Shown in pieces: positions 1-9,230 of a DNA stretch of 64,000 nucleotides. Where the stretch lies: contig JAGVLE010000011.1 in the NCBI GenBank assembly GCA_020049895.1, forward strand, positions 3,131-67,130, given 5' to 3'. This stretch comes from Alphaproteobacteria bacterium. GTDB lineage: Bacteria > Pseudomonadota > Alphaproteobacteria > UBA9655. The notes under the pieces are model-generated. The model did no database searches, was not told the DNA's origin, and worked only from the letters and a program-made list of their open reading frames with translations. Each line of letters begins with the position of its first letter. Positions within the stretch are counted from its first letter, which is position 1. The position numbers and the translations under genes were made by a program.

Positions 1-252
1 CGTTAATAAAGTCTCATATCTCCTGAACCCGCATACACGCCGGAATTCTGCTTGACTTTAATTAGCAGGTTCCTTACGGTTTTGAGTAATGAAATTACTT
101 ACTATTAAGAATTTATATGTCGGCTTGTAACTCTTATCCTTTGGCTTCAGGCCTTTTTCTTAAGCTCCTTCTCCGCTAAGGCGGAGCATCATCTATTCTT
201 TTTTTCATTAAAATCAGTTAATTAAAAGTTAGATCTCATAAAGGAGAGAGAA

Positions 253-1452
253 ATGAAAAAATCACGAATGATTGCATGGACTGTGTGGCTGATTGCCAGC
301 ATCTTCTATGCTTACCAATACATTTTAAGAGTTATGCCAAACATTATGATGGATGATATTATCCATCAATTTCATATAGATGCCGCTATGTTTGGTCAAT
401 TTTCAGGAGTTTATTATATTGGATACTCTCTTGTACACCTTCCCATTGGGATTATGTTGGATCGATATGGACCAAAGAAGGTTCTTACAGGATGTATCCT
501 TTTAACGGTCATTGGGTTGCTTCCTATACTCCTTGCAGAGAATTGGGCGTATCCTATTCTCGGGCGAGCTATTATAGGAGTCGGGTCCTCTGCCGCTATT
601 TTAGGAGCTTTCAAAATCATTCGCCTTACGTTTAGAGAGCAGCATTTTACGCGCATGCTGTCCCTCACCGTTACTATTGGGCTCATTGGAGGCATATATG
701 GGGGAGGTCCTCTTAATTATATGTGTGAACAGTGGGGATATAGGAGCGTCATTCAGATTTTTATGGGTGTGGGAATCTGCCTTGCCACCATTACTTACTT
801 GTTGTTGCCTAAAGAAAAAGAACATACACCTCTTAAGATAAGAGCTGGCATAAAGCAGGTTTTCACCAATTCAAAAGTGTTGGTGATCTGTTTTTCTGCA
901 GGGCTTATGGTGGGGCCTATGGAAGGATTTGCAGATGTATGGGCCTCTGAGTTTTTAAAGAAAGTCTATCATTTTGATGTCAATATAGCAGGGTACTTGC
1001 CGTCTATGATCTTCTTAGGGATGTGCTTTGGGGCGCCAGTCTTAGGTCTTCTTGCTGAAAAAACAGGAAGATACCTTGGTGTTATTATTGGAGCGGGCCT
1101 TGTGATGATCAGCGTGTTTGTTGCCCTTCTATTAGGATACTTTACTATTAGTGGCATGACATTTGCGTTTATCCTTGTTGGCGTGTGTTGTGCGTACCAA
1201 ATTTTGGCGATCTATAAGGCGTCTACATATGTTCCCGAGAATTTGGCAGGGCTTACAACAGCTGTTGCCAACATGATTATCATGAGCTTTGGATATGCTT
1301 TCCATACGATTATCGGAGTTGTTGTAAGTGCCTATGGTGGGATCGCAGAGGCAAATGCTTTCCTCTATGGGATCAGTGTTATTCCTTTGGCACTAGGGGC
1401 TGGCGTTCTGGGCTTTTTGATCGTGGCTGCTTCAAAACAACAAAGCGCGTAA
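253..1452 (+). CDS. MFS-family transporter
   Basis: 399-aa ORF that is hydrophobic throughout, with many membrane spans. It carries the MFS loop signature (MLDRYGPKKVL) after the second span. AAGGAGAG lies upstream of the ATG at 253. Confidence 0.85.
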   Translation: MKKSRMIAWTVWLIASIFYAYQYILRVMPNIMMDDIIHQFHIDAAMFGQFSGVYYIGYSLVHLPIGIMLDRYGPKKVLTGCILLTVIGLLPILLAENWAYPILGRAIIGVGSSAAILGAFKIIRLTFREQHFTRMLSLTVTIGLIGGIYGGGPLNYMCEQWGYRSVIQIFMGVGICLATITYLLLPKEKEHTPLKIRAGIKQVFTNSKVLVICFSAGLMVGPMEGFADVWASEFLKKVYHFDVNIAGYLPSMIFLGMCFGAPVLGLLAEKTGRYLGVIIGAGLVMISVFVALLLGYFTISGMTFAFILVGVCCAYQILAIYKASTYVPENLAGLTTAVANMIIMSFGYAFHTIIGVVVSAYGGIAEANAFLYGISVIPLALGAGVLGFLIVAASKQQSA

Positions 1453-1458
1453 TTCATA

Positions 1459-1485
1459 CAGAGGCCACTCGCAAGGGGGCCTCTG
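1459..1485 (+). terminator. GC-rich hairpin between convergent genes (possible intrinsic terminator)
   Basis: cagaggcc (1459-1466) pairs with ggcctctg (1478-1485) across an 11-nt loop. A T/C-rich run (tcctttctctct) follows. It sits 7 nt after the MFS stop codon. Confidence 0.35.
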
Positions 1486-1618
1486 TCCTTTCTCTCTAAG
1501 CCTATAAAAGGCCCTTCTTTTTCTTTATCTTACCTATTCTCAGCTATCTTTTTTAGGAGCTTAGTGTATTTCTGTCCATGATTTATCTGGATCACTATCC
1601 ACCCAACACTCTGTTCCA

Positions 1619-1828
1619 TTACAACAGATACCGACGGCGCAGCTGGTACCACCACTCGAATATACGTCTGAACTTCCCTGTTCCCCCCCCTCTTTTCCCC
1701 TTGAGAGTCTTAATCACGGGTTCCTTGAGATGATTATCAGAGTTCCTCTCAGCAGAAGCAGTGGTGAGCAACTGTCCGTGCCATATGCAAAAACTTATAA
1801 GTAATAGTTGAAGAGGTTTTTTTTGCAT
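1619..1828 (-). CDS. small hypothetical protein with signal-peptide-like N-terminus (reading frame after the G8 tract uncertain)
   Basis: The ATG at 1828 is preceded by AAAGAGGAAAGGA. The N-terminus MQKKPLQLLLISFCIWHGQLLTTASA looks like a Sec signal. The ORF crosses a homopolymer at 1683-1690. I recognise no homologue. Confidence 0.3.
   Translation of the reverse strand: MQKKPLQLLLISFCIWHGQLLTTASAERNSDNHLKEPVIKTLKGKRGGGTGKFRRIFEWWYQLRRRYLL
1683..1690. repeat. C8/G8 homopolymer tract inside the small ORF
   Basis: Read directly: ttcccccccctc. It encodes the GGG run of the minus-strand ORF. Confidence 0.9.
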
Positions 1829-2200
1829 TTTAAGTTTTCCTTTCCTCTTTGTTTGATGTGATTTCCCCCTCAGTTTAGACACGAGGAGAGCGGATTTTGA
1901 CCTTATCTATGATGAACAATAAATGTTAATATTTTTATAAAATGCAAATAATTCTTTGCCGATAGTTCAGAGGTTTTTCTTCTCTTGTTAGGAGGAAACG
2001 CCGACCTCCGGCTTTCTAATTTACAATAATAAATAAAGTAAAATTAATTGTTTTTTAACAAAAAAAATAGTAAAATTAGTAGTAAATGTGAGTTTATTGT
2101 TCTTAAGGTGTTTGTTTTGTTGATAAATAATAATTTAATAATATATGTTTTTCATGCGATTTGTTTTATTTTTCTAATAGAGCTCCCTGCAGTGCATTCT

Positions 2201-3085
2201 ATGGAAGTTGCCCATTCGTTAGATTCACTTACATTTATGGGGCCTCTTAAGCATCAGCAATATAGAGATCCTCATTTTATGAGGGATAAATGCACTCCTG
2301 AATCTCACAACTCTATGGTCCCTCAATCTGTGGATAGAGAGCGTGTGCCGAAAATTCTAGGAACTTCCACGGTACCCTTAATAGCGAAAGAGCGCCCTCC
2401 TTTATCGGCAATGATAGAAAATACGAAAAAACAATTAAATTCCTATAAGCAATGGGGGGAGTTGTTTGAGGTCGACTTAGATAAAAAAACAGGAGCTTCT
2501 TCTTTAGTAAACAATTTCGTTGAAGGTAGAGAAATTAAAGAGGGACGTGGGTACTTACAGGAAATAATATCAGATCTAGAGGAAAACAATCCTTTTAAAA
2601 GGAATATAGATGACGCTACGAAAAGACAACAAAATTCCGAGCGAAGAGAGCGCCTTTTGTCTCAAAATAATAGAGGGGACTTTGCCAGACATCTCGAGCT
2701 AAGAGATCGCTTCTTTACTGGAACCAATAATAAAGTCGATGAACACGTTGAGTCTCTGGATAAAAAAGGTGAAGAAAATACCTTAAAAACAACAAATAAA
2801 AGCGTTGAAGACTCCAGTTTCGAATTTTTAGAGGACGTTGAAGGGTCTGAACATGATGAATCACTCCTGAATTTGATGAAGAGAAATTTATTTAATGTTT
2901 CTGCCTATTTAAGCGAGGAAGCTTCTTTTAATGAAATCAACCCTGGTCTTCAAGAAGCCTGGAAAGCCCTGGGTGAACACCTTAAGGATAATAAGGACAT
3001 TTATCTTAATGAAACAAGTCTCTTATGCCAGAAATTCTGTAATCTTCTAAAGAAAGCTTATGAAGCTGGTCCTGGTGAGTTTTGA
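2201..3085 (+). CDS. hypothetical hydrophilic protein (orphan; candidate secreted/effector protein)
   Basis: Long open frame 2048-3085. The first ATG is at 2201 (MEVAHSLD...). The segment upstream is translated from very AT-rich DNA. The product is highly charged (Lys/Glu/Asp/Asn-rich) with no motif I recognise. Confidence 0.5.
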   Translation: MEVAHSLDSLTFMGPLKHQQYRDPHFMRDKCTPESHNSMVPQSVDRERVPKILGTSTVPLIAKERPPLSAMIENTKKQLNSYKQWGELFEVDLDKKTGASSLVNNFVEGREIKEGRGYLQEIISDLEENNPFKRNIDDATKRQQNSERRERLLSQNNRGDFARHLELRDRFFTGTNNKVDEHVESLDKKGEENTLKTTNKSVEDSSFEFLEDVEGSEHDESLLNLMKRNLFNVSAYLSEEASFNEINPGLQEAWKALGEHLKDNKDIYLNETSLLCQKFCNLLKKAYEAGPGEF

Positions 3086-3214
3086 GAATACGAAGATCTC
3101 TCATAATATTTGTTGCGACGTAAAAAGCGTCAATTCGTGCAGCGCGCCTTTTTCTTGCACTCATTGCGTTAAACTTGCTATCTTCACATTACAATCATTG
3201 AAAAAAGGAAAGTG

Positions 3215-3613
3215 ATGGCCACTCCGAGTCAGGTCATAAATATTCCTCTCCAAGGAAGTTTGGAGGCCTATACCCCTGTTCTTGTGTTTATAGGGGTTGC
3301 TTTTGGTATTTCTCTGTTTCTTCTTTTGCTCTCTTGGCTTCGCGGGCCGAAACGCCCAAATGAGGCCAAGCTCTCTGCCTATGAATGTGGATTTGAGCCT
3401 TTTGGGGACGCACGCCTTAAGTTTGATGTTCGCTTTTACCTCGTGGCTATTCTCTTTATCATTTTTGATTTAGAAATCGCCTTTCTCTTCCCTTGGGCTC
3501 TCACCCTTCGCGAGATTGGACTGGCTGGCTTTTTTTCTATGATGGTTTTCTTGGCTGTCTTAGGGTTAGGCTTTGTCTATGAATGGAGAAAAGGGGCCTT
3601 AGAGTGGGAATAA
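3215..3613 (+). CDS. nuoA: NADH-quinone oxidoreductase subunit A
   Basis: [39 protein letters not shown] is the conserved NuoA/ND3 core. There are three hydrophobic spans. AAGGAAAG lies upstream. The start could be the GTG at 3212 or the ATG at 3215. Confidence 0.93.
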   Translation: MATPSQVINIPLQGSLEAYTPVLVFIGVAFGISLFLLLLSWLRGPKRPNEAKLSAYECGFEPFGDARLKFDVRFYLVAILFIIFDLEIAFLFPWALTLREIGLAGFFSMMVFLAVLGLGFVYEWRKGALEWE

Positions 3614-4161
3614 AAAAAGAAGCTTCCCCGGGGCATACCTTTACGCCGATTCCTGAAGGCGTAGATCCAGATGTTTTACTTGAAACGTTGGGTCAAGAGG
3701 TGAGTCAAAGAGGGTTTATTTTAGGAAAGCTTGATGACGTGGCCGCATGGGCTCAAGCAGGGTCTCTTTGGCCCCTTACTTTTGGATTAGCTTGTTGTGC
3801 TGTGGAAATGATGCAAACGGCTGCGGCCCGGTACGATCTGGATCGCTTTGGTGTTGTCTTTCGCCCAAGTCCTCGACAAGCAGACCTGATGATTGTGGCA
3901 GGCACCTTATGTAATAAAATGGCTCCAGCTCTGCGCAAAGTCTATGATCAAATGGCAGAGCCTCGATATGTTATTTCCATGGGCTCTTGTGCCAATGGGG
4001 GTGGGTATTACCATTACTCTTATTCAGTGACCCGTGGGTGTGATCGAATTGTTCCGGTTGATATTTATGTGCCGGGATGCCCCCCCACTGCAGAAGCTTT
4101 GCTATATGGAATTTTACAGCTCCAGAGAAAAATCAAACGACAGAAAATCTTTGAACGATGA
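3583..4161 (+). CDS. nuoB: NADH-quinone oxidoreductase subunit B
   Basis: NuoB/PSST motifs are present: [26 protein letters not shown]. The start is uncertain: ATG at 3583 or GTG at 3604, both overlapping the nuoA end. Confidence 0.93.
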   Translation: MEKRGLRVGIKKEASPGHTFTPIPEGVDPDVLLETLGQEVSQRGFILGKLDDVAAWAQAGSLWPLTFGLACCAVEMMQTAAARYDLDRFGVVFRPSPRQADLMIVAGTLCNKMAPALRKVYDQMAEPRYVISMGSCANGGGYYHYSYSVTRGCDRIVPVDIYVPGCPPTAEALLYGILQLQRKIKRQKIFER

Positions 4162-4760
4162 CGGATTTGCTGACTTCTTTTATTGCTCAACTGGAAGCAG
4201 AAATAGGCCAAGACCTCATTGCCTTAAAAAATGGGGGAAAAGAGCCTGTTCTCGTTGTTGAGCGGGCTTCTCTCCCGCGCGTTCTCACGCGTCTGAGAGA
4301 TGCAGAAGGGTTGAAATTCACGCAGCTTATGGATATTTGTGGCGTGGATTATTTAGGTCGGGATATAAGATTCGAGGTTGTCTATCACCTTCTCAGCATT
4401 CCCCATAACTTGCGCCTTTGCGTAAAAGTTGAGGTAGAGGAAGGGGTTCCTGTTCCCTCCATCGTTTCTGTTTATAGTAATGCGAATTGGTTAGAACGAG
4501 AGATTTTTGATCTCTTTGGAATCCCTTTTGATGATCATCCTGATCTCAGACGTATCCTTACCGACTATGGCTTTGAGGGGCATCCTCTCCGAAAGGATTT
4601 TCCCCTGACGGGATATGTAGAAGTCCGGTACGATGAGGACAAAAAGCGCGTTGTTTATGAGCCTGTTAATCTTCCCCAAGCCTTTCGAACGTTTGATTTT
4701 GAAAGCCCATGGATGGGAATGGATACAGCTGTTGCTCAGGCAAAAGGAAATAAGTCATGA
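4158..4760 (+). CDS. nuoC: NADH-quinone oxidoreductase subunit C
   Basis: 30-kDa subunit signature [48 protein letters not shown] overlap with the nuoB stop. Confidence 0.93.
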   Translation: MTDLLTSFIAQLEAEIGQDLIALKNGGKEPVLVVERASLPRVLTRLRDAEGLKFTQLMDICGVDYLGRDIRFEVVYHLLSIPHNLRLCVKVEVEEGVPVPSIVSVYSNANWLEREIFDLFGIPFDDHPDLRRILTDYGFEGHPLRKDFPLTGYVEVRYDEDKKRVVYEPVNLPQAFRTFDFESPWMGMDTAVAQAKGNKS

Positions 4761-5938
4761 CGCCGAAGTCGTCTCCTCAAACCTTCACAGTGAACTTTGG
4801 GCCCCAGCATCCCGCCGCCCATGGAGTCTTACGCCTTATCCTTGAAATGGATGGGGAGGTGGTGGAACGTGCTGATCCTCATATTGGCCTGCTGCACCGC
4901 GGTACAGAAAAATTGATTGAATATAAGACATACCTTCAAGCCATTCCTTATTTTGATCGGTTAGATTACGTGTCTCCGATGTGCCAAGAGCATGCTTTTG
5001 CTTTAGCTGTTGAAAAATTATTGGGGCTTGAAATTCCTCTGCGGGCTAAATATATCCGCGTTCTCTTTTCAGAGATCACGCGTCTTTTGAATCACCTTCT
5101 TAACATCACCACGATGGCGTTGGATGTGGGGGCGATGACGCCTTTGCTGTGGGGATTTGAAGAGCGGGAAATTCTAATGGGTTTTTATGAGCGTGTATCT
5201 GGAGCACGCATGCATGCGGCCTATTTTCGCCCTGGCGGAGTTCACAAAGACCTGCCTGAAGGTTTGACAGACGATATTGCAGCGTTTGCAGAGCGGTTCC
5301 CCCAGGTCATTGATGATATTGAAAATCTTCTCACAGAAAATCGTATTTTTAAGCAACGTACGGTGGACATAGGCATTGTCACAACAGACCAGGCTCTCGA
5401 TTGGGGGTTTAGTGGTCCTGTGCTCCGGGCATCAAACGTTGAGTGGGATTTACGTAAGACTCAACCCTATGAGGTTTACGATCAAATGGACTTCCTCATT
5501 CCTGTAGCAAAAAATGGAGATTGTTATGACCGCTATTTGGTGCGTATGGAAGAAATGCGCCAGAGTGTGCGGATTATAAAGCAATGCCTTGAAAAACTCC
5601 CTGAAGGCCCCATCAAAGTGCAAAATCACACTGTAAGCCCTCCCTCTCGAGAAGAGATGAAGACCTCTATGGAAGCCATGATTCATCACTTTAAGCTCTA
5701 TACGGAAGGGTATCATGTCCCTGCGGGGGAAACCTATACAGCTGTTGAAGCTCCTAAGGGAGAGTTCGGGGTATACCTTATCTCAGACGGCAGTAACCGC
5801 CCGTATCGCTGCAAGATCCGTGCTCCCGGATTTGCCTTTCTCCAAGCCCTCGATATGATGGCAAAAGGGCATATGCTTGCAGATGTTCCCAGTATTATTG
5901 GGTCTTTAGATATCGTCTTTGGCGAAATTGATCGATAA
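4757..5938 (+). CDS. nuoD: NADH-quinone oxidoreductase subunit D
   Basis: 49-kDa subunit motifs are present: [28 protein letters not shown], and the C-terminal [15 protein letters not shown] overlap with nuoC. Confidence 0.95.
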   Translation: MTPKSSPQTFTVNFGPQHPAAHGVLRLILEMDGEVVERADPHIGLLHRGTEKLIEYKTYLQAIPYFDRLDYVSPMCQEHAFALAVEKLLGLEIPLRAKYIRVLFSEITRLLNHLLNITTMALDVGAMTPLLWGFEEREILMGFYERVSGARMHAAYFRPGGVHKDLPEGLTDDIAAFAERFPQVIDDIENLLTENRIFKQRTVDIGIVTTDQALDWGFSGPVLRASNVEWDLRKTQPYEVYDQMDFLIPVAKNGDCYDRYLVRMEEMRQSVRIIKQCLEKLPEGPIKVQNHTVSPPSREEMKTSMEAMIHHFKLYTEGYHVPAGETYTAVEAPKGEFGVYLISDGSNRPYRCKIRAPGFAFLQALDMMAKGHMLADVPSIIGSLDIVFGEIDR

Positions 5939-6013
5939 CGTATTGATCTTTTTATCTTTACAAAAAAAGAAAAACAGCCTATCATGACTATATAATATGA
6001 CCATGAGGGAAAA

Positions 6014-6247
6014 ATGAAGACCATTTCAGCAGGTGACTTTAAGGCACATTGTTTAAAGTTAATGGATCAAGTGGCTAAGTCACATGAAGCGCTTATCGTC
6101 ACAAAAAGGGGGGTCCCCGTTGTCAAAATGGTTCCTATGGAAGAAACACAAGCTGATCCCTTTGGTTTGATGAGAGAGTCCGTTAAGGTCAGGGGTGATC
6201 TTTCTTCATACGAGCTTTCTGAAATTTGGGAAGCGAATGAAAAGTGA
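6014..6247 (+). CDS. type II antitoxin, Phd/YefM family
   Basis: 77 aa. The N-terminus MKTISAGDFKAHCLKLMDQVAKSHEALIVTKRGVPVVKMVP is typical of Phd/YefM. Its stop overlaps the GTG start of the PIN gene (GTGA). Confidence 0.8.
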   Translation: MKTISAGDFKAHCLKLMDQVAKSHEALIVTKRGVPVVKMVPMEETQADPFGLMRESVKVRGDLSSYELSEIWEANEK

Positions 6248-6660
6248 CAAAAGATCTTCTCTTAGATACCCATGCTCTTATCTGGCTTATCAATGGGGAT
6301 GAAACTCTTTCTATTGAAACGAGAGAGCTTGTTAAAAATATTTGCAAACAAAACTGCCTTTTAGTAGCGTCTATTTCGGTATGGGAGATGGGAATGCTCC
6401 AATCCAAAGGCAAAATCTCTCTTACTTATCCTCTGCAGCACTGGATTAAGAAAATCGATTCATTGCCTTATATAAAATTGATCCCTCTCACTGCCGATAT
6501 TGCAATAGAAAGCTGTAGCTTACCGGGAGATTTTCATGGCGATCCTGCCGATAGAATGATTGTTGCCACTGCTAGGATTCTTAATGTCCCTCTTATGACA
6601 CGCGACAAAAAAATTGAAGGTTATGGGCAAAAGGGATATGCCGAAATAGTTGTCTGCTAA
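6244..6660 (+). CDS. vapC: type II toxin, VapC-family PIN-domain ribonuclease
   Basis: 138 aa. The acidic PIN residues sit in their usual contexts: [31 protein letters not shown]. Confidence 0.85.
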   Translation: MTKDLLLDTHALIWLINGDETLSIETRELVKNICKQNCLLVASISVWEMGMLQSKGKISLTYPLQHWIKKIDSLPYIKLIPLTADIAIESCSLPGDFHGDPADRMIVATARILNVPLMTRDKKIEGYGQKGYAEIVVC

Positions 6661-8720
6661 GCGCCCCCGTGCGTTGACCCACAGGTGTCGCATTTTAAAG
6701 ATGATCCATTGCTTGCAAGTGTAAGGTTTCCACAGTCTGTGCAGACATCACCTGTATATCCTTTTAAGCGCGATTGGGCGCGACGATCATCCATCTCACT
6801 AATCGTTACGGATCCGACCATAGGAATAGAGGTTTCTGTTCCAGTGGCCTCATGGAGAAAGTAAGTCGTTTGATCGTGATTAGCAGCCGAAACTACGAAT
6901 AGATTGTTTCGCACATACCCATTACTGGTGAGGCTGTTGACAGCATCTTTATTCTCGGCGCTCTTTTTGACAAGAGTTCCTTTTTCTGCATCCCCACGAC
7001 CGATCGTGTCAGGTTGCAAATCTCCAGGTTCTACATGGGCCAAGTCTGTTCGTCCAAGGTACGAAATAGCAAGTTCTCGGAAAATATAATCAAGGATAGA
7101 GGTGGCCATTTTAATGGTATCATTGCCGGCCACAGGACCTGAGGGATCAAAACGTGTGAAGACAAAAGCATCGACATATTCTTCAAGAGGAACTCCATAT
7201 TGAAGGCCGATTGAAATCGCCATGGCAAAGTTATGCATCAAACTGCGGAAGGACGCCCCTTCTTTGTGCATATCAATGAAAATTTCACCAAGATTGCCGT
7301 CATCATATTCGCCAGTACGCAGGTAAACTTTGTGCCCGCCCACGACAGCCTTTTGGGTATAGCCCTTACGACGATTCGGGAGTTTTTCACGGGTAGCTTG
7401 ATGAACGAATTTTTCCACAATTTTCTCCACGATTTTTTCTGTGACAATTTTAGTTTTTTCTTGGGTAGGAAGAGTAGTATGCATGATAGTGCCTTTTGTT
7501 TCTGTAGGTGAAGTGAGGATAGTTTGAGCATTACGGTATCCATGCTTTTTCCCAAGTTCTAGAGCTTGGTCCCAGGCTTTTTGGGTAGCTTTTATAAGCA
7601 GAGGAGAAGGACAGTCCTCAGTCACAAAGGGAATAAGGGCAACCTGTAGATCTTCATCTTCCCTTGTTTTCCCATAGGCTGCATGGCGATGGTTACGCAT
7701 AACCCGCAACATATCTTTTTCATTAAGCTTATAATGACTAAAAGCCCCTAATTGAGCCGCCATTTCGGCAGAGGTTGCATAAGAAACACCTGTCATAAGA
7801 GCTGTAATGCCTTCTGCAATTGAGCGGCCTTCCTTGCTGTCATGTGGAATTCCAGAGGCCAACAAAAGTCCGCCGATGTTGGCATAACTTAATCCTAAGG
7901 TGCGGAATTCATAAGAATTTTCTGCAATTTTCTGAGAGGGATATTGGGCCATCATGACCGAAAGTTCGAGAGTAAGAGTCCACAAACGTGTTGCATGCTC
8001 AAAGGCAGGAACGTCAAACTGAAGGTCTCCCGCTTTCTTTTTTTTATTTTCAGGGGCCCTAAACGCGACTAAGTTCAAAGCAGCGAGGTTGCAGGGGGCA
8101 TCATCCAAAAACATATATTCAGAGCAAGTATGGAGCTGAGGGCGCTCATAGGAAGAGTCGGACAGCTTAACAGCCCCTGTTTTGTTTTCGACATAATAGT
8201 GTCCCTGGGCCGGTCCATTAATACCATAGGCCCAGTAAAGTCCTGTATTAAGCCACTGGGAAGAATGAGGGGAACAGAGTTGTCCGCACAACATGTACCG
8301 CATGTCATCATAGTAAGCGCGAGCATCTTCCTCGGTATCAAAATACCCTTCTTTCCATCCCCAATAGGTCCAGCAGCCCGCCATACGATCGAACACTTGT
8401 CTAGCCGTCAGCTCGCTGCCATAACGCTCTTTTTTAGAGAGATTAGACAGCGCTTTCTCATCCACCTCTTGGCGCCAAAGCCATGAAGGAACACCTTCTT
8501 CTTTGACGTCTCGTAATGCCTTTGGGATGCTTGTCTTTTGGAAATATTCTTTGGCGAGCATGTCGCATGCGACTTGGGACCAGGTAGTAGGAACTTCTAT
8601 CCCTTCCAGAAGAAAGGCCGTGGATCCATCAGGATTTCGTATTTCGCTAGTTGTTGTACGGAATTCAAAAGAGGCATAAGGGTCGTTGTTTTTTTTTGTA
8701 AAATAGCGAGATATCTTCAT
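6657..8720 (-). CDS. nrdJ: adenosylcobalamin-dependent (class II) ribonucleotide reductase-like protein, apparently internally deleted (possible decaying gene)
   Basis: The N-terminus ([41 protein letters not shown]) and the C-terminal block ([45 protein letters not shown], final CTDCG...CDTCG) match long NrdJ proteins as I remember them. The ORF is only 687 aa and two central segments appear to be missing (see findings). Confidence 0.75.
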   Translation of the reverse strand: MKISRYFTKKNNDPYASFEFRTTTSEIRNPDGSTAFLLEGIEVPTTWSQVACDMLAKEYFQKTSIPKALRDVKEEGVPSWLWRQEVDEKALSNLSKKERYGSELTARQVFDRMAGCWTYWGWKEGYFDTEEDARAYYDDMRYMLCGQLCSPHSSQWLNTGLYWAYGINGPAQGHYYVENKTGAVKLSDSSYERPQLHTCSEYMFLDDAPCNLAALNLVAFRAPENKKKKAGDLQFDVPAFEHATRLWTLTLELSVMMAQYPSQKIAENSYEFRTLGLSYANIGGLLLASGIPHDSKEGRSIAEGITALMTGVSYATSAEMAAQLGAFSHYKLNEKDMLRVMRNHRHAAYGKTREDEDLQVALIPFVTEDCPSPLLIKATQKAWDQALELGKKHGYRNAQTILTSPTETKGTIMHTTLPTQEKTKIVTEKIVEKIVEKFVHQATREKLPNRRKGYTQKAVVGGHKVYLRTGEYDDGNLGEIFIDMHKEGASFRSLMHNFAMAISIGLQYGVPLEEYVDAFVFTRFDPSGPVAGNDTIKMATSILDYIFRELAISYLGRTDLAHVEPGDLQPDTIGRGDAEKGTLVKKSAENKDAVNSLTSNGYVRNNLFVVSAANHDQTTYFLHEATGTETSIPMVGSVTISEMDDRRAQSRLKGYTGDVCTDCGNLTLASNGSSLKCDTCGSTHGGA

Positions 8721-8888
8721 GAAAGGGGCTTTCTTTTTTTTATAAGACGGGATGTTAACAATAGGACAACTATAGGCCGTTTTAATGTCTCGTCAATCAG
8801 CTTTTTAAGCTTGACAACCCTAACCCTTTGAAAGAGTGGACAGATGATTTTTTGGGTGGCATGATGCTTGAAAATAGGGGATTTAGAG

Positions 8889-9230
8889 ATGTTGTGGATA
8901 CGGCTTCTAACTTGGTTCAAGGGAGGATATGTGGGCCAAGATTCTGGAGGGAACAAGTATTATCGCCAGAAAGGGTCTGCGAGCCTTAAAGAGCGACGAT
9001 GGGTTGTTTACAAGGGGATCCCTGAAGCCTCCAAAGTTCCTCCTGAATGGCATGGCTGGCTTCATCATACCTGTGAGCAGCCCCTTTGCTCAGAATCCCT
9101 TAAAAGGTGGCCGTGGGAAAAAAATCATCTTCCCAATCTTACAGGAACACCCTATGCTTATTTTCCTACTGAACAGAATGACAAAGCAAGAAATTATAAG
9201 GCGTGGACGCCGTCTAAAGGAAAAAAATGA
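8889..9230 (+). CDS. NDUFA12-like (NADH:ubiquinone oxidoreductase subunit B17.2 family) protein
   Basis: LLTWFKGGYVGQDSGGNKYYR ... RRWVVY ... EASKVPPEWHGWLHHT matches the NDUFA12 family pattern. The ATG at 8889 is the first Met in the frame that opens at 8868. Confidence 0.8.
   Translation: MLWIRLLTWFKGGYVGQDSGGNKYYRQKGSASLKERRWVVYKGIPEASKVPPEWHGWLHHTCEQPLCSESLKRWPWEKNHLPNLTGTPYAYFPTEQNDKARNYKAWTPSKGKK

Noticed and set aside
171-205. Hairpin ctccgc-taag-gcggag upstream of the MFS gene, as a possible terminator of an upstream gene
   Set aside because: The stem is only 6 bp and the T-run starts about 12 nt after it. The upstream gene is outside the window, so the call cannot be supported.
414-1157. 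Antisense and overlapping ORFs from the six-frame track. This covers 414-695, 601-825 and 969-1157, and similar ORFs elsewhere, such as 8130-8486, 22968-23534, 24482-24994, 28366-28854, 32380-32886, 53551-53991, 56313-56804 and 57861-58343.
   Set aside because: Each lies wholly inside a gene that is well supported by conserved motifs on the other strand or frame. Their translations are low-complexity or Arg/Ser/Pro-rich shadow sequences with no recognisable domains or ribosome-binding sites.
8721-8867. Possible NrdR box or cobalamin riboswitch upstream of nrdJ
   Set aside because: I found only a weak direct repeat (CCTATAGTTG/TCCTATTGTT). There is no 16-bp NrdR-type palindrome and nothing resembling the B12-box. 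The region is too short for a cobalamin riboswitch.
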